From positions 1-34,058 of the forward strand of contig KZ539095.1 of the NCBI GenBank assembly GCA_000934665.2: a stretch of 34,058 nt of DNA, given 5' to 3'. A program made the position numbers and the translations under genes. Position 1 is the stretch's first letter; each line of letters opens with the position of its first letter. This DNA is from Catajapyx aquilonaris. Its lineage: Eukaryota. Positions 1-12,645 of the stretch are shown here, piece by piece. Below the pieces are notes generated by a model. The model was not told where the DNA came from, did not search any database, and saw only the letters and a program-made list of their open reading frames with translations.

Positions 1-1
1 A

Positions 2-196
2 TTGACACTCTTGTTCCCAGTGATGCCAACTGAAAATTGTGAGCAGATTGGCACTCCTGTACCCAGTGATGCCAACTGAAAATTGTGGGCAGGGTTGGCA
101 CTCTTGTTCCCAGTGATGCCAACTTAAATAGTGTGAGTTAGGGTTGGTAGTAGTCCTCGTCCCATTGATGCCAACTGAAAATATGTGAGCAGGGTT
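2..196. repeat. Minisatellite, ~46-48 bp unit, 4 copies (may continue left of the window)
   Basis: Core CCCAGTGATGCCAACTGAAAATTGTGAGCAG is repeated. A degenerate extra copy lies near 253. Confidence 0.85.
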
Positions 197-1159
197 TGAT
201 CAAATCGCACGTTTTGGATTGGATTAGTCAGGATTAGTGCTTGACCGGCTTGACCCAGTGATGCTAATTGAAACTTTGCGAATTTTCGGATCGGATGTTA
301 CATATTTGGGGAGGGTTGGTACTAGACCTGTCAATCATCACCTCAGGTGCCCGTATAGTTACGAGGCGTGTGTTACGAAAGTTTGTAGCTTTTTCTGGCC
401 CCATTTTGCATACGAGTGTAGGCCTACGTTCAAACACGTGTTGGCGGCGATGGCAAAAAAAAAGTCATAAGAGAATTGTAAATGTCAACAACCGGTGTTG
501 TCAGATTTATCCGGAAGCTCGCTTTTTTAAATATATGCAAGTTTAATAGAGCTCCAGACTCCCGGAGGCTCCCTCTGAAGTGTAATGATGTGTGTTACGA
601 GGCGGGTGGATCGAGGCTCGTACGATGAGTGTGTGAGTGTGTGCGTGGATGTGTGGGAGTCGTCGGTTGGGGAGGGAGTGAATAAGAGAGTGAAGGAGGG
701 GTGAGTCTGCCCTTGGCATGTGCTGCCCTTGTTGCCAAGTCTACTCCGGATCGATCCCTCCCCACCTTCACCATACCCAGCCCCAGCCTTCCCTTTCCAA
801 AAGGAGCTTATCGGGAGAGAGGGAACGACCCATTTAGGGAAGATTTCCAGAAAAGGGCTTGGAAATAAGAGGGAATCGCATACAGATTGAATATTATTTC
901 ATTAACAATATCAATTGAACTGTATAACGTCGACTAATCCGGCTGGATACATGCTTACACGTGTGAAATGTAGGCCAGATCAGGTTAGGCTAGGTCACGT
1001 CAGGTTAGGTCAGTTAAAACCCCATTGTTGGGTCGGAAAAGAGCCACGAAACTCGTTGCCAATGATGGTTGGCGAACTTTTCTGGCTCCTAGCTGATAAA
1101 ATAACATTATCCGGCTGGAAAATAGCCGAAAAGGTTTTTAGCTCGTTGTCAATCATGGC

Positions 1160-1620
1160 TGACAAACTTTTCTGACTCTTTCCAGTTAAAGGAACATTTC
1201 ACCGCCGGAAAAGGGCCAGAAAAGTTCGTTAGACATTGTTCACGAGTTACAAACTTTTCTGATTCTTTTTCGGCCGGAAAATTCAGTCTGGAACATTTCG
1301 GGGGTCCTTTTGGAGATTGGTAAGAATTAGGCAAAGTAAGGCTAAAACAGGACATACTTTTCTGTCTCCTTTCTGGCCGGAAAATGCTTTCTGGACAATT
1401 TTTCGGCTTTTTCGTTGGACATTGGAAATAAGGCGAAGTATAGCAAAATAGGAATGATTTTCTGGCTATTTTTTTCGGCCCAAAAATTTATTTCGGGGTC
1501 TTTTTCTTTTGGATATTGGTAATAAGGCAAAATAAGGACAATTATTTCTCGCTATTATCTCGCTGGACAATTTGTCTGTGGAATTTCGGATTCCTTTTTG
1601 GAGATTGGAAAATAAAGCCA
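1160..1620. repeat. Degenerate ~90-105 bp tandem repeat
   Basis: TTTCGG..TTTTGGA[G/C/T]ATTGG..TAAGGC recurs near 1297, 1401, 1491 and 1584. ACAAACTTTTCTGA recurs at ~1162 and ~1249. Confidence 0.6.
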
Positions 1621-2753
1621 CGTTTGCATTTCGAGGCCATGTTGCATCGCATCCTCATAAAGCCAAAAGGCGACCGCATGCCCTACCTATCAGTCAACAT
1701 TCCAGTTCCTTCTAGGCCCTGCCCGCCCACCCCATCAGTGTAGCCAGATTGAGCAGTGTGTTTTTTTCTCAGGGGGTGAAAGGCGAGGTGTCGTAACCAA
1801 CTCGAGTGGAAAATGTCAACCCGAGGAGGCTACAATTCCGACCTCTTTTTCATTGTTGGAAATGCGAGAAGACGACGACAATGCATAGAGAGGCTTGTCT
1901 GGTGTTTTGGTCATTGACATGCAAGACTGCTGACCATGGGATAAGATTGGCCAGATAAACCCGATCTTATCTATGGTTGTGGTGGCGGCTGGGGGTACAA
2001 GAGGGCAAAGTCTCTCTCATTGGCAGGCGTAAATAAGAAAAGAGAAAAAAATGGAGTCTGGGCCAGGGGAAGCAATGCCGATTTTTTTAAAGGTCATCCC
2101 AAGGATCTTGAACTGGTGGTAAACTGGGGGGGAAGGGTAGCCAACCGGCCCTTGAAACACACACAAAAAAGTAAGGGGTTGGTGGGCGGGATGGGGNGGG
2201 GGGGGGGGGGACCGGACCAACCAGCTAAGAGAATGTACGGTCAGTTATCTCTTGCACCGGGTTAAGGTTCGCGGACCACAAGGTTGAGGAGGGTTTTTGC
2301 CTCACTTGGCTGGACTGGGTGGAGCTTACCGGATAGCATGTTGCATCAACACTGCCTGCGCCAATTTTTATATCTCTTGGCAGTGCTACCCAGATGATAG
2401 TCGATGGGTGTCAATATGGCACCGATTATACCTGTTGATAGGGTTACCAGGCTGTGTGTCGTGGTTGCCAGAATGTGTCACAGTTGCCCAGGAGGTAGAC
2501 CAGATGTCGCTTATCTGGTAACCCTAATTGGCGCCACACATACCCCCCCATGGCAACTCTTGTTATCTACCTCCTTGTAACTAGCAACAGATTTTATGTT
2601 GGGAAGGGTTACTAAGTGACATGTTGGCAGAGTTACGACCTCTATATGGCGGAATTTTGTTCGCGCATTTTAAAAATAAGAAGTCGGCATTATATAAATC
2701 GAGATAAGTTTATGATACATTCAGGGTCTGCTCTAGTCTGGTTTTGTAGCAGG

Positions 2754-3055
2754 TATACTATAGGGGCAATATAACTCATTCGTTTTGGGAGGTGGCTTGT
2801 GACCTAGGCAACCTTAATTAAGCCCCGCCCTCTACCGGTCGACCAATCAGGATTCGATTTCAAAGGAGATGGGCGTTGTTACTGTGTTCTAAAACCTCAG
2901 GAATGAGATGAGTTTGTTTACACTGACGCAATTGGTAACCAAGCAAAATTTATTCAAATATTTACAAAAAAAATCAGCAGGGGGCGGGGCTAATTATGGT
3001 TTCCAAGGTCACAAGCCACCTCCCAAAACGAATGAGTTATCTTGTCCCAAGTATA
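2754..3055. mobile_element. MITE (~300 bp) with ~75 bp imperfect terminal inverted repeats
   Basis: ATAACTCATTCGTTTTGGGAGGTGGCTTGTGACCT (~2771) is inverted at AGGTCACAAGCCACCTCCCAAAACGAATGAGTTAT (~3006-3040). GCCCCGCCC/GGGCGGGGC extends the stem, and the ends read TATACT...AGTATA. Confidence 0.85.
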
Positions 3056-3144
3056 GATTCAATAGTTATCAATTGATTGTTATCTAGTTGGTACTGCCTG
3101 TTGGCAAAGTTATTATCATGGTTTTTTTTGTAGCTTACATGCTG

Positions 3145-3670
3145 CTACAGTTACCAGATGACAGGTACATGTCGACAGTGTTACCAGGAGTAGGAGGGTT
3201 ACCAGATCTATATAACTGTTGACAGGGTTACCATACCAGTAGTAGGGTTACAGGGTTACCATATGATTAGTAACTGTTGACTGGGTTACCAGATGACAAG
3301 TACGTGCTGACAGGGTTGCCAGATTAGTAACCGTTGCGTTACAGGGTTACCAGTAGTACCAGATAAGTGACTGTTGACAGGGTTACCAGATGACAAGTAC
3401 GTGCTGACAGGGTTGCCAGAAGTAGCAGGGTTACCAGATGACGTATTATACATGCTAACGGAGTTACCAGGAGTAGCAGGGTTACCAGATGACGTATTAT
3501 ACATGCTAACGGAGTTACCAGGAGTAACAGGGTTACCAGTAGTATGGGTTACCAGATGACAAGTACATGCTGACAGGGTTACCAGATGTATTATAGCCTA
3601 CATGCTAACGGAGTTACCAGGAGTAATAGGGGTACCAGATGAGTACCTGCTGACAGTTACCAGAAGGAGT
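3145..3670. repeat. Compound minisatellite built on AGGGTTACCAG, including an exact 51 bp tandem duplication (3421-3522)
   Basis: More than 15 GTT[A/G]CCAG motifs. A ~50 bp block is shared between ~3273 and ~3370. Confidence 0.85.
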
Positions 3671-5682
3671 TTTGTTGGTATAAGGTGTAACCAAGTGAGA
3701 GGTACCGGGTATGAGTCGGTAGAAGTCTCCTGATGCACGGCTAGAGTAGCACGTGCTCTGTTTGTTGCTTGTTTTCTTCTTCTTTTCTTCTAAATGGTTG
3801 GGTCGAGGCTGGAGATAGAAAGGGCATTCTTCCCCACCACCCACCCACATGGCCTGGCCGTCCTGGCTGGGTTGCGTTTGGAAAGTAGGCAGGCAGTGTG
3901 GCCTCCGCAGCCAAGCCAGCCAGCCAGCCAGATTCCCTTGGGGGCTAATGTGTGTCATGGCGCCTGCCTGCGACCTTCTTTCCCTCTCTCTTTAACCTGG
4001 ATCCCATTATTTTTCGCCAAGCCCTCTCTAGTCCGTCCTGGGTTCGATCCCCGTGCACCAAAGAGGCACCCCGCCCCTCAAGGTCGCCACCCCGAATCGG
4101 CGCCGGGGTTCAAGGTCGCCGCCCCTCCCTCCTGCCCTGCTCCCGTCGCCTGCAATTTGGCACCCGTGGACCTGTGGTGGCAACAGGTGCCGATTAATGA
4201 CCGAGATAACGAAAAAAAAGCGCCTTTTAAAAAAACGCCACCGATTCAACTCTGAGAACCATTGTTGACACTCGTGACGTCAATGGCGGATTACGGTAAT
4301 ATTTGGCAACAGGTGGATTCATTCGCATTGGCTATTTCGAGATAGTGACCAGTTTTAGGCGCCAATACCAGTTTCAAAGCTACTATCGGAGAAATCTATT
4401 TGCATTCATACAGTGACCCCTTATGACTATACGACCTGTATAATTTAATTAAAAGAATCTCGATGTTAGAGTAAAATAATTCGTGGTAGACGTCCAGACC
4501 CTAAACGGGTCTCATGGGGTAAATAAATAAAAGTACGACCTGTAAGAGAAAAATATCATCAGATTATACATAGTTTACAGGGCATAATATTTATAGGAGA
4601 TTTTCTCCCGTAAATGGCGATCGTACAACTATTTAGCGTATGCTGTTGTTCACCAATTTACTTATTATTGCGCAAGAATATCTGATTATGCATACAAATG
4701 TCTACAGAGTATAATCAGGGATTAGACTTCGTACTATGACTGGCTCTATAACGGCCTGTTTATGAACCCACACTATAAAGTGGGGAATGCATATACCGCA
4801 TAACGCAACCTGAGATTTTCCCTAATTTGTTTTGATGCAACTGGTCCTGACCTTTGTTCTAGAAGTTTTTGTAAAGCTCTTGTCTAGCTTGCGGACTAGC
4901 CCTATAGTATCCATATCGCAAAATAATATCTTGTGACTGACCGAAGGGGTGAAAACCGAAGGAGGTGCGTTGAACTTGGCAACATTTTTGCCCCTTTCCT
5001 AGGCGAAAGCTGCTTGAAATAACGGAGTGTTTTGCGTTTTTTTGGATCGGGGAAAACAAAAACGCGAGGGAGGGAAGAGGAGAGGAGGAGGAGGAGGAGG
5101 GGGTGCCCTACTATCACATGTGCTCTCCTTTTTATAGCCGCTTAAATGTGACATCTCCCCGATTATTCTGCCAAGACTTTCGCCTCGGTACACTCCTCTA
5201 CAAGATGTCACAATCATACTCAGAGGTTATTCACGCTTACTAACTGTTAAGTTGTATGAACTCAAATGAAGGAAGAAATTATATATTCTGTCGATATTAT
5301 CATTAATAAAATTTCACATTAGCTACATTAACACTGCCAGTTATTATATCAAATACATCAGCTATTGATATTGGTGATTTGAACCACATCGGCAATTATT
5401 AGCTATTAATAATTATGCTATGCTGCTATATTAATATAGATTATTATGCCAATGACATCAGCTATTAATATTGGTTATATCAATACTGATTAATTGCTGA
5501 TATAACCAATACAGTATTAATAACCAACATAGATCTAAAATATATCTAATATAGAGTTGTGATGTAACCAAGTTACGGTATAACTAATAGTTATGGTATA
5601 ACTAATATAGAGAATTATGATATGCATTGTATTGCAGTATATTAGATATTGGTGTATTGGGGTTAAAAATCAATTATTTATA

Positions 5683-5898
5683 CAGCGTGTTTCAACATTT
5701 TTTTTCCGAACAGTTATCGGAAATATTGCACTATCAGCTGCTACTTTGTAAGCAAGTGTTTGCCACATCAACCTAAGATTCGCAGGGCATATTCCCCATT
5801 CCTCCCGACAAACCGGTTGCAGGTCACTGCTCACAAAGTAGCAGCTGATAGTGCAATATTTCCGATAACTGTTCGGACAAAAAAGTTGAAACACCCTG
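5683..5898. mobile_element. Tc1/mariner-type MITE (216 bp), TA target-site duplication
   Basis: TA|CAGCGTGTTTCAAC...GTTGAAACACCCTG|TA, with ~75 bp inverted repeats (TCCGAACAGTTATCGGAAA..TATTGCACTATCAGCTGCTACTTTGT). Confidence 0.88.
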
Positions 5899-5901
5899 TA
5901 T

Positions 5902-6290
5902 TATACCGTAATTCTCTATATTAGTTATATCATAATTCTCTATATTAGTTATATCAATTCTCTATATTAGTTATATCAATTCTCTATATTAGTTATATCA
6001 ATTCTCTATATTAGTTATATCATAATTTTTGTAATAGTTATACCATAACGCTTTATATTAGTTATACCATAACGCTTTGTATTAGTTATATCACTACTTT
6101 GTATTAGTTATATCAATTCTCTATATTAGTTATATCAATTCTCTATATTAGTTATATCAATTCTCTATATTAGTTATATCACAATTTTTGTAATAGTTAT
6201 ACCATAACGCTTTATATTAGTTATATCATATTTTTTGTAATAGTTATATCATAATTTTTGTAATAGTTATACCATAACTAATAGCTATAC
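5902..6290. repeat. AT-rich 22-24 bp minisatellite (AATTCTCTATATTAGTTATATC and variants)
   Basis: About 16 tandem copies, with a higher-order duplication of unit variants. Confidence 0.9.
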
Positions 6291-8034
6291 CATAAGGCAT
6301 AACTATATAAGTCACATGTATATATCTCTCTATTGGGTATTAATATTGACTGGTATATCAGCTATTGATATTAGCTATCAATACATTGTTTATTGGCTAT
6401 TAATATCAGCTACACTATATTAGCTGTTTATAGTAAATATTTACATAATTTGATCCGAGACCGAGGTAGTCCACTAGTAATCCATAGTATGTGAAGTAAG
6501 AGTGAATAACCCTTGATCTGGCAACCGTCCGAGATGACACAGTGGAAGCTGAAAAATAATGTTTTCTTTTATTTCTTCCATATTTCTTCTCTGAAGGAGG
6601 GAGGGAAATAAAGAAACATGGGCAACGTCGCGGTGGTTCAGTGACCCGCGGGGAATCTTTCAGAGGTCGCTTGCTGCCCGATTTGCCCTCCTCTCTCCTC
6701 ATTCTGAGCCCCCCTCCGTGTCCCCCCCATCAGTGCCATGAGAAGTGAGAATCGCTCGGGTAACGTCTCGCATCAGGAATTTTTGTGCCGATGACACTCC
6801 GCCCGTGGGAGAGACACCCCACCCACCCACCTTACCTTAGACTCTGCTGTCCCTTCTGCCCGGAAACTAGGGAGGTCATGCTCCTTTTTTTATTATTATT
6901 ATTTCCAAGCCTAGTCCCCCCCTAATGTTTCCCACCCTGTAACAAGTGAACATGCCAACCTATGAAACCGGGAAGCTAATTATCGCGGATGTCTCCCAAG
7001 TCATTTGCGCGGATTTGGGCGCCGGGACGTGAGATTTTCCCGCCTTCCAACCTCGCAGTCTCGGGGTTTCCAGGCGGATTTACGGGGGGGCCGGTTGCGC
7101 CGCGAGTCTATGATAAACTGCAGCTTTACAGCAGGTGTCATTGCCTGGTCAACATGCCATAAACTCGAGTTAATGCTTAACCAGCTGTTTTCTACCTTAT
7201 ACCTGTAATGGTGCACGTGCCCACTGACAAGGAATCAACATGGCCGATTACAGGTTCACAGAGTTGCCAGGTGGAGTGTCGATTACAGTGTCAGCGTTAC
7301 CAGGTGATGTAGCAGAATCTGGCAGTGTTACCAGGTGGTAGTGCCGGAATGTTACCAGATGGCAGTGACAGTGTGACCAACCGTGTTGCATCAGTTAGGA
7401 TAGACCATAGACGCAGAGTTTATCTTTAATATTAGTTGCAGAAATAAGCCGAATAATTAGTTAAACCCACTCTATTGTATTCCGTGGTGAAACCGGCTCT
7501 TATAGTTGGGAAATGTGTGTCAAAACGTTTCTCAGTTGCGAAAAAAAAAATCGCGGTCGTCCTGGGTTGAAGCGACATGCGTTTGTCATAGAGGGACCCG
7601 GGATATGACAGAAAATGGGAATAAATTGCGACAGGGGCGGTCTTTCCACCCACTCTCTCTGTAGTTGGCCCCCCACACATATAAATTGGGACTAAGGTTG
7701 GATCGAAATCCCTTCCTTCCCCTGATGAAATATTCAATATCGCAAACACAAAACTCCGCATTTTGTTTCGGCGATAACACACACGCTTCTATACAATAAC
7801 ATACCCCCACCCCCCCACCCCATGTAAAATACTAACCGTCACATACGTCATAGCAGCTCACTAAAATATTTGTGCTTCCAAGTTTAAACCAGTTATTTTA
7901 AGGCGAACAATTTTAGCTGTTAATGTTACATCTGATGTGAATTGCAACGGATGTCAGGAAAATGACAATGGATTGTAATTCCGAAGTTTGATCCCATTTT
8001 CATGCCAGGTCAACAAGGATTTATATAGCCAAAA

Positions 8035-8690
8035 AAAATGAGCAAAAATGAGCAAAAATGAGCTAAAAATCTTTTCACCAATATTAACTGAAATATTTTT
8101 CATCGACATAAGCTAAATAATATTTTCACCAATATGAGCCCAGATTTATTTTCATCAATATTAGAGAGAATACTACATATTCAGCTATATTACCGTAGAT
8201 GAAATAATTTTCCATCAATACAAGCAAAATTTATTTTCATTAATATTAGCTAGAACATAATTAAATTTTCAGCTATGCTATGTAAAATAATATTTTCAGC
8301 AGAATGAGCTCAATTATGCTGGCAGAACATTATAACTAACTAGCTAATATTGCTGAAAATATAATTATAGCTCGATATTATATTTTCAGCAATATCAGCT
8401 GAAATATATATTTTCACCAGTATGAACTAGATTTTTCATCAACAGCAGCTAAAATATATTTTCAACAATATTAACTAGATTTTTCATAAATAGCAGCTAA
8501 AATATATTTTCAACAATATTAACCATATTTTTCATCAATAGCAGGTAAAATATATTTTCAAAATAATTGTTAGCTAAACTGATATTTTCAGGATTATTAG
8601 CTGGAATTATGTGTACCAATATTAGCTAAAGTTATGTAGTTTTACGAATATGTGCTAGAATGATATTTTCACCGAATATTGCGCTATTTA
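8035..8690. repeat. Degenerate AT-rich tandem repeat (ATTTTCA[C/T/A]CAATATTAGCTA)
   Basis: The motif recurs every ~30-60 bp. A near-exact duplication lies at 8418-8560. Confidence 0.65.
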
Positions 8691-9519
8691 TTGGACATGT
8701 GCCATACGAGCAAATATTGGACAGATCAAATTTTTGTGGCGTGTAACAATGGCAACTGGAGGTGACCTCGGCGGCGCATGCGGAGTGACCTGTTAAATTT
8801 AGCTCCGGGGCATCCCTCTCCCATACCAAAAGGTGTAAGGACCTGTGGCATCTCCCTCCCTCCCCATCCATTTTTCGGGTGAGGGGTGAGGGGGGACGAG
8901 GGATGTTTCTGTTCCTTATATGGACCGAGTCTGGGAAGCTGGGCCCTTTTCGAGATGGGTTGGAGATAGGGACACGTGACTTGTGAACCCTCCAAAGAAA
9001 AATATTGGATGCCAAGCACTGGCATGCCTTCTCTCTCTTTCTCTCTCTCTGGAAGCAGGGTTGCCAGAAATAAGTGTGGAGGATTTTTTTTCAAACATTT
9101 AATTTCGACAAAAGTTTTTAGCGAATATGTTGCTTGGGCGTCGTGCAGTCTGGCGCGGGTGTAGTGGATGTGTACAGGCGAGGCCAAGTGCGTGTCCTGC
9201 ACGGCCTTGGAAGGTCACCAGTCAGCCCGGTTGACCCCATGCAGTGTGGCCCAACCTGGTCTTTGATTGCCCTGCTGTACAGTATGCACACAGGTGCGCG
9301 GGACTTTCTACCTTTTATATAGTGCACTGAACTCTTATCCATCAGTGAATGAAAAGTGAAGGTTTCCGGCATTGCTGCACTAGCCAAACTTAACCCAATC
9401 AAGCGTCTGGAAGGAGGAATGTCCGGGATCATCCGGTTCAATATATTGCTCTCAGGTGAAATATACGCAAGCCGCACTCGATAACAAACATTGTTAACCT
9501 ATCGATGTAACAAACCCCC

Positions 9520-9880
9520 CAACAACTATCACGACTAATATTACACGTTATTATCAACATTAATAGCTCTCAATAACTACAACCTATAACAGCTATCAAT
9601 GACAATTAGCTACGGGATATATTAATAGCTGATAACTCGTACAACTAACTAAACTAATTTCTTAATAACCATTAAGAAATAACAAGTATTAATAGCTACT
9701 AATAAATAGTAACTTAATAAATAATAACTATTAATAGCCAATTTACTGTTAATAACTAGTAACCCATTACTGTTAATATAACAGTTAATTATTTAACTCA
9801 CTAACTATTAATAATAACCATTAATAGCCTATTAGTTATAACTATTAATAACTGAACTATTAAATGAATAAATATTGTTG
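9520..9880. repeat. AT-rich low-complexity tract (TAATA/TAACTA motifs)
   Basis: Strong compositional bias with recurring ATTAATAGC and TAATAACTA. Confidence 0.55.
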
Positions 9881-10609
9881 TCAATTTAACAGCTCCTGTA
9901 GAGGATGTTAACGGCTGGTTAAGTGGGCACTTAAGACTTAATCTGTAATTAGCTAATGGTCGGTTAGAAGGTTGGATCAATGGGGGGAAAACAACTAGTG
10001 ACGTTTGCGTTGTGTGTTTCGCAATCTGCTTACGTGCTTGGTACGTCACACTTCCAGCTAGATTTTTTTGCGAATAAACAGGCAGTAAACGTCAGAGACT
10101 GAGTGGCCCTCCACTGTACGTCCTCCGAAGCATGGTTTGACGGGCAGTCATATATACCCTTGGACAGTTGTAGCCTGCGTCTACTTAACCAGGCTTTGAA
10201 GGGTTGTGGACAAGGGGGGTAAATGACATGTCAAGCGGAGGGGATATGGCAGCATTGCAAGGTGGGAGAGGAGGAGGAGGGGGTAATTAAGGTCCCACAA
10301 TTGATCCTGAGGGAAGAGAGGAGGGAGGGAGGGGAAGAGGGCAGCTGTGTGACCAGGCATGGGAAAATCTGCCAGGGGTGACGTCACAACAAAGAGGGAT
10401 CGAGAGAGAGAGAGAGAGAGGCTTGGGGTGGGGGGAATGGGGCTGATGTGTACTCCACATGTACTATATACTTACCCCTTATGTAAGTAAAGGGTGGGGG
10501 GGGGGAGTCTTACGCAAAGACTGTTTATTCTGCATCCCACGCTTGCATACGAGGGTCGCGCTTCAGGAGACCAGGCTATACAGACGAGACAGAAAGCTAG
10601 ATATTCATG

Positions 10610-11400
10610 GATTCGATATATCAAACGTCGATGTGTACTCGGACATATTCAAAATATCGCACGATAGAGATATCGATATATTATGCATTGAAGGTATCGA
10701 ACTTTCTAGTATCGACATATCTTACACCATGGAAATGTCGTGGATATCGATATAACTCACGTTCTAGGTATCGATATATTACAAAGTGAAGATCTGGAAC
10801 GGTCGTGATATCAAAATATCGTACACTGTAAATATTGTAGATATTGATAGATCGAACGTTCGAGATATCGATATATTGCGCAGTGAAGATGTCGATATAT
10901 CGAAATACCGTACATGGTAAATATTGACATATCGCAAGTTTGAGATATCGATAGATTAGAGAGTGTGAATATATACAGCGTTCGAGGTATTAGAACATCT
11001 TGCACAGGAGATATGGATATATCGCACAGTGAAGATATCGCGTTCGAGATATCAAATTTTTACACTGGAACTATCGATATATCGCGTGTATGGGAAATGG
11101 TGATATCAAATCTTCGTCATCTCATGGTCGAGATATTGAAATATCGCATGTTCTAAATATCGACACATTTCACCTCAGATATCGGGATATAGGTACGTTT
11201 GAGATATCGTACCTTGGAGATATGGTCGAAATATCGAAACTTCTCACATCGGATATCGATATGCCGCAATCTTTATATATCGTACATTGGAGATATCTAT
11301 GGTCGAGACATCGAGACAGCGAATATATCGATATGCCACGCGTTCGAGATATCGTATCTCAGAAATGTGTCACGGTCGATATATATCGAAATATATTGCG
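10610..11400. repeat. Cryptic repeat of GATATC/ATCGAT/TCGAGATATCG motifs
   Basis: Dozens of overlapping GATATCG/ATATCGA words. The ORFs over it are I/D/S/Y-rich artefacts. Confidence 0.75.
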
Positions 11401-11964
11401 TTAAATGGAAGTAAGGTCAGCGTGAATGCTGAACAGACGAATGCAAACAAACTTATAAATACATTTTTGGAAGGATGTCCTTGAACTGTTCAATTTCTGG
11501 GCAAAAATGTGACTATTTGCATCTGGCTTATTCTTTTGCGCAGGTTGGCTTATAGCGTCCGAATGAAGAGGACGGATCAATCGCCACCTGTTGCGTCCGA
11601 AATTTTTGTGGGATTAGGAAGGGGGGTAAGGAGGTGAAGCAATGGAGAGGAAAATGCACAGGAATTGCGATTTGAGCAGGATTTGCACAATTGGACGCGG
11701 AGTAATTGTTGGCACGGGTTGGGAAACCTCACTGCTGTTGTGTGCAACGGACACAGGTGGTCATATAATGTCAATCAATGCCTTCTGTTTTATAGAGGCT
11801 AATTAACTGGAAAAATATGCTGATCATACAATAATGATCGTACTATATCGATACACAGGACTTCCTAGCTTAGAATATAAATTGCATCAGCATTGCTACA
11901 CTTATCGTAACTTGTGTATGGCAGTGCCGATGTGGCCGATATACATATTAAGGGTGTAGGACCG

Positions 11965-12275
11965 CCCATTTTTGATGACGTAAAGTCCAAGAGGTACCAG
12001 ATGAAAATTGCGCATTTTTATGATTTAGTTGATGGTAAGGGGTGCCAGATGAAAATTGCATTTTTGATGAGACGTATAGCCGGAAGTCCAAGAGGTGCCA
12101 GATGAAAACTGCCGTTTTGATGACGTAGTTGCCAGATTAAATTAAATTTTCGATGGCGTAGTTTGATGATGTAGTTGGAAATGTAAGAGGTGCCAGATGA
12201 AAATTGCATTTATGGTGACTGTTTGACCTGCTGTTTGATGACGTAGTTGGAAATGCAAGTGGTGCCAGATGAAGT
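11965..12275. repeat. Degenerate tandem repeat, 5 copies of GGTGCCAGATGAAAATTGC..TTTTGATGACGTA
   Basis: Cores at ~11992, 12041, 12093, 12188 and 12261. Confidence 0.75.
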
Positions 12276-12453
12276 ATACTCAAATTTCATCAGCCCCCCC
12301 CCCCCCCTTCAACTTACGTCATTAAAAAGGGACGGTCTTGATAATTATGTGAAGTAGGCCTTCATCTATAGCCAAAGTGAAGCGTCTTCTCCCTGGTATT
12401 GGCGCAACGGGTGATGCATGGATGGATCTGGGTGGGGATTGACAGAGGGGGTT

Positions 12454-12645
12454 NNNNNNNNNNNNNNNNNNNNNNNNNNNNNNNNNNNNNNNNNNNNNNN
12501 NNNNNNNNNNNNNNNNNNNNNNNNNNNNNNNNNNNNNNNNNNNNNNNNNNNNNNNNNNNNNNNNNNNNNNNNNNNNNNNNNNNNNNNNNNNNNNNNNNNN
12601 NNNNNNNNNNNNNNNNNNNNNNNNNNNNNNNNNNNNNNNNNNNNN
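12454..12645. other. Assembly gap (192 N)
   Basis: N run followed by a poly-C tract. Confidence 1.

Noticed and set aside
2..196. Regularly spaced repeats resembling a CRISPR array
   Set aside because: The inter-repeat segments are themselves similar, the context is eukaryotic, and there are no cas genes. It is a minisatellite.
3286..3559. Repetitive ORFs on both strands
   Set aside because: Produced by the 51-bp minisatellite, with no splice or homology support.
4035..4053. GGGTTCGATCCCC B-box/T-loop suggesting a tRNA or SINE
   Set aside because: No A-box at the right distance and no cloverleaf. It is an isolated motif.
3794..4255. 153-aa proline-rich ORF
   Set aside because: No recognisable domain; consistent with chance in GC-rich sequence.
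9134..9322. GC-rich segment ending in a possible donor (CACAG|GTGCGC) as an upstream ZMIZ exon
   Set aside because: No similarity to the ZMIZ N-terminus and no clear acceptor. It cannot be supported without RNA data.
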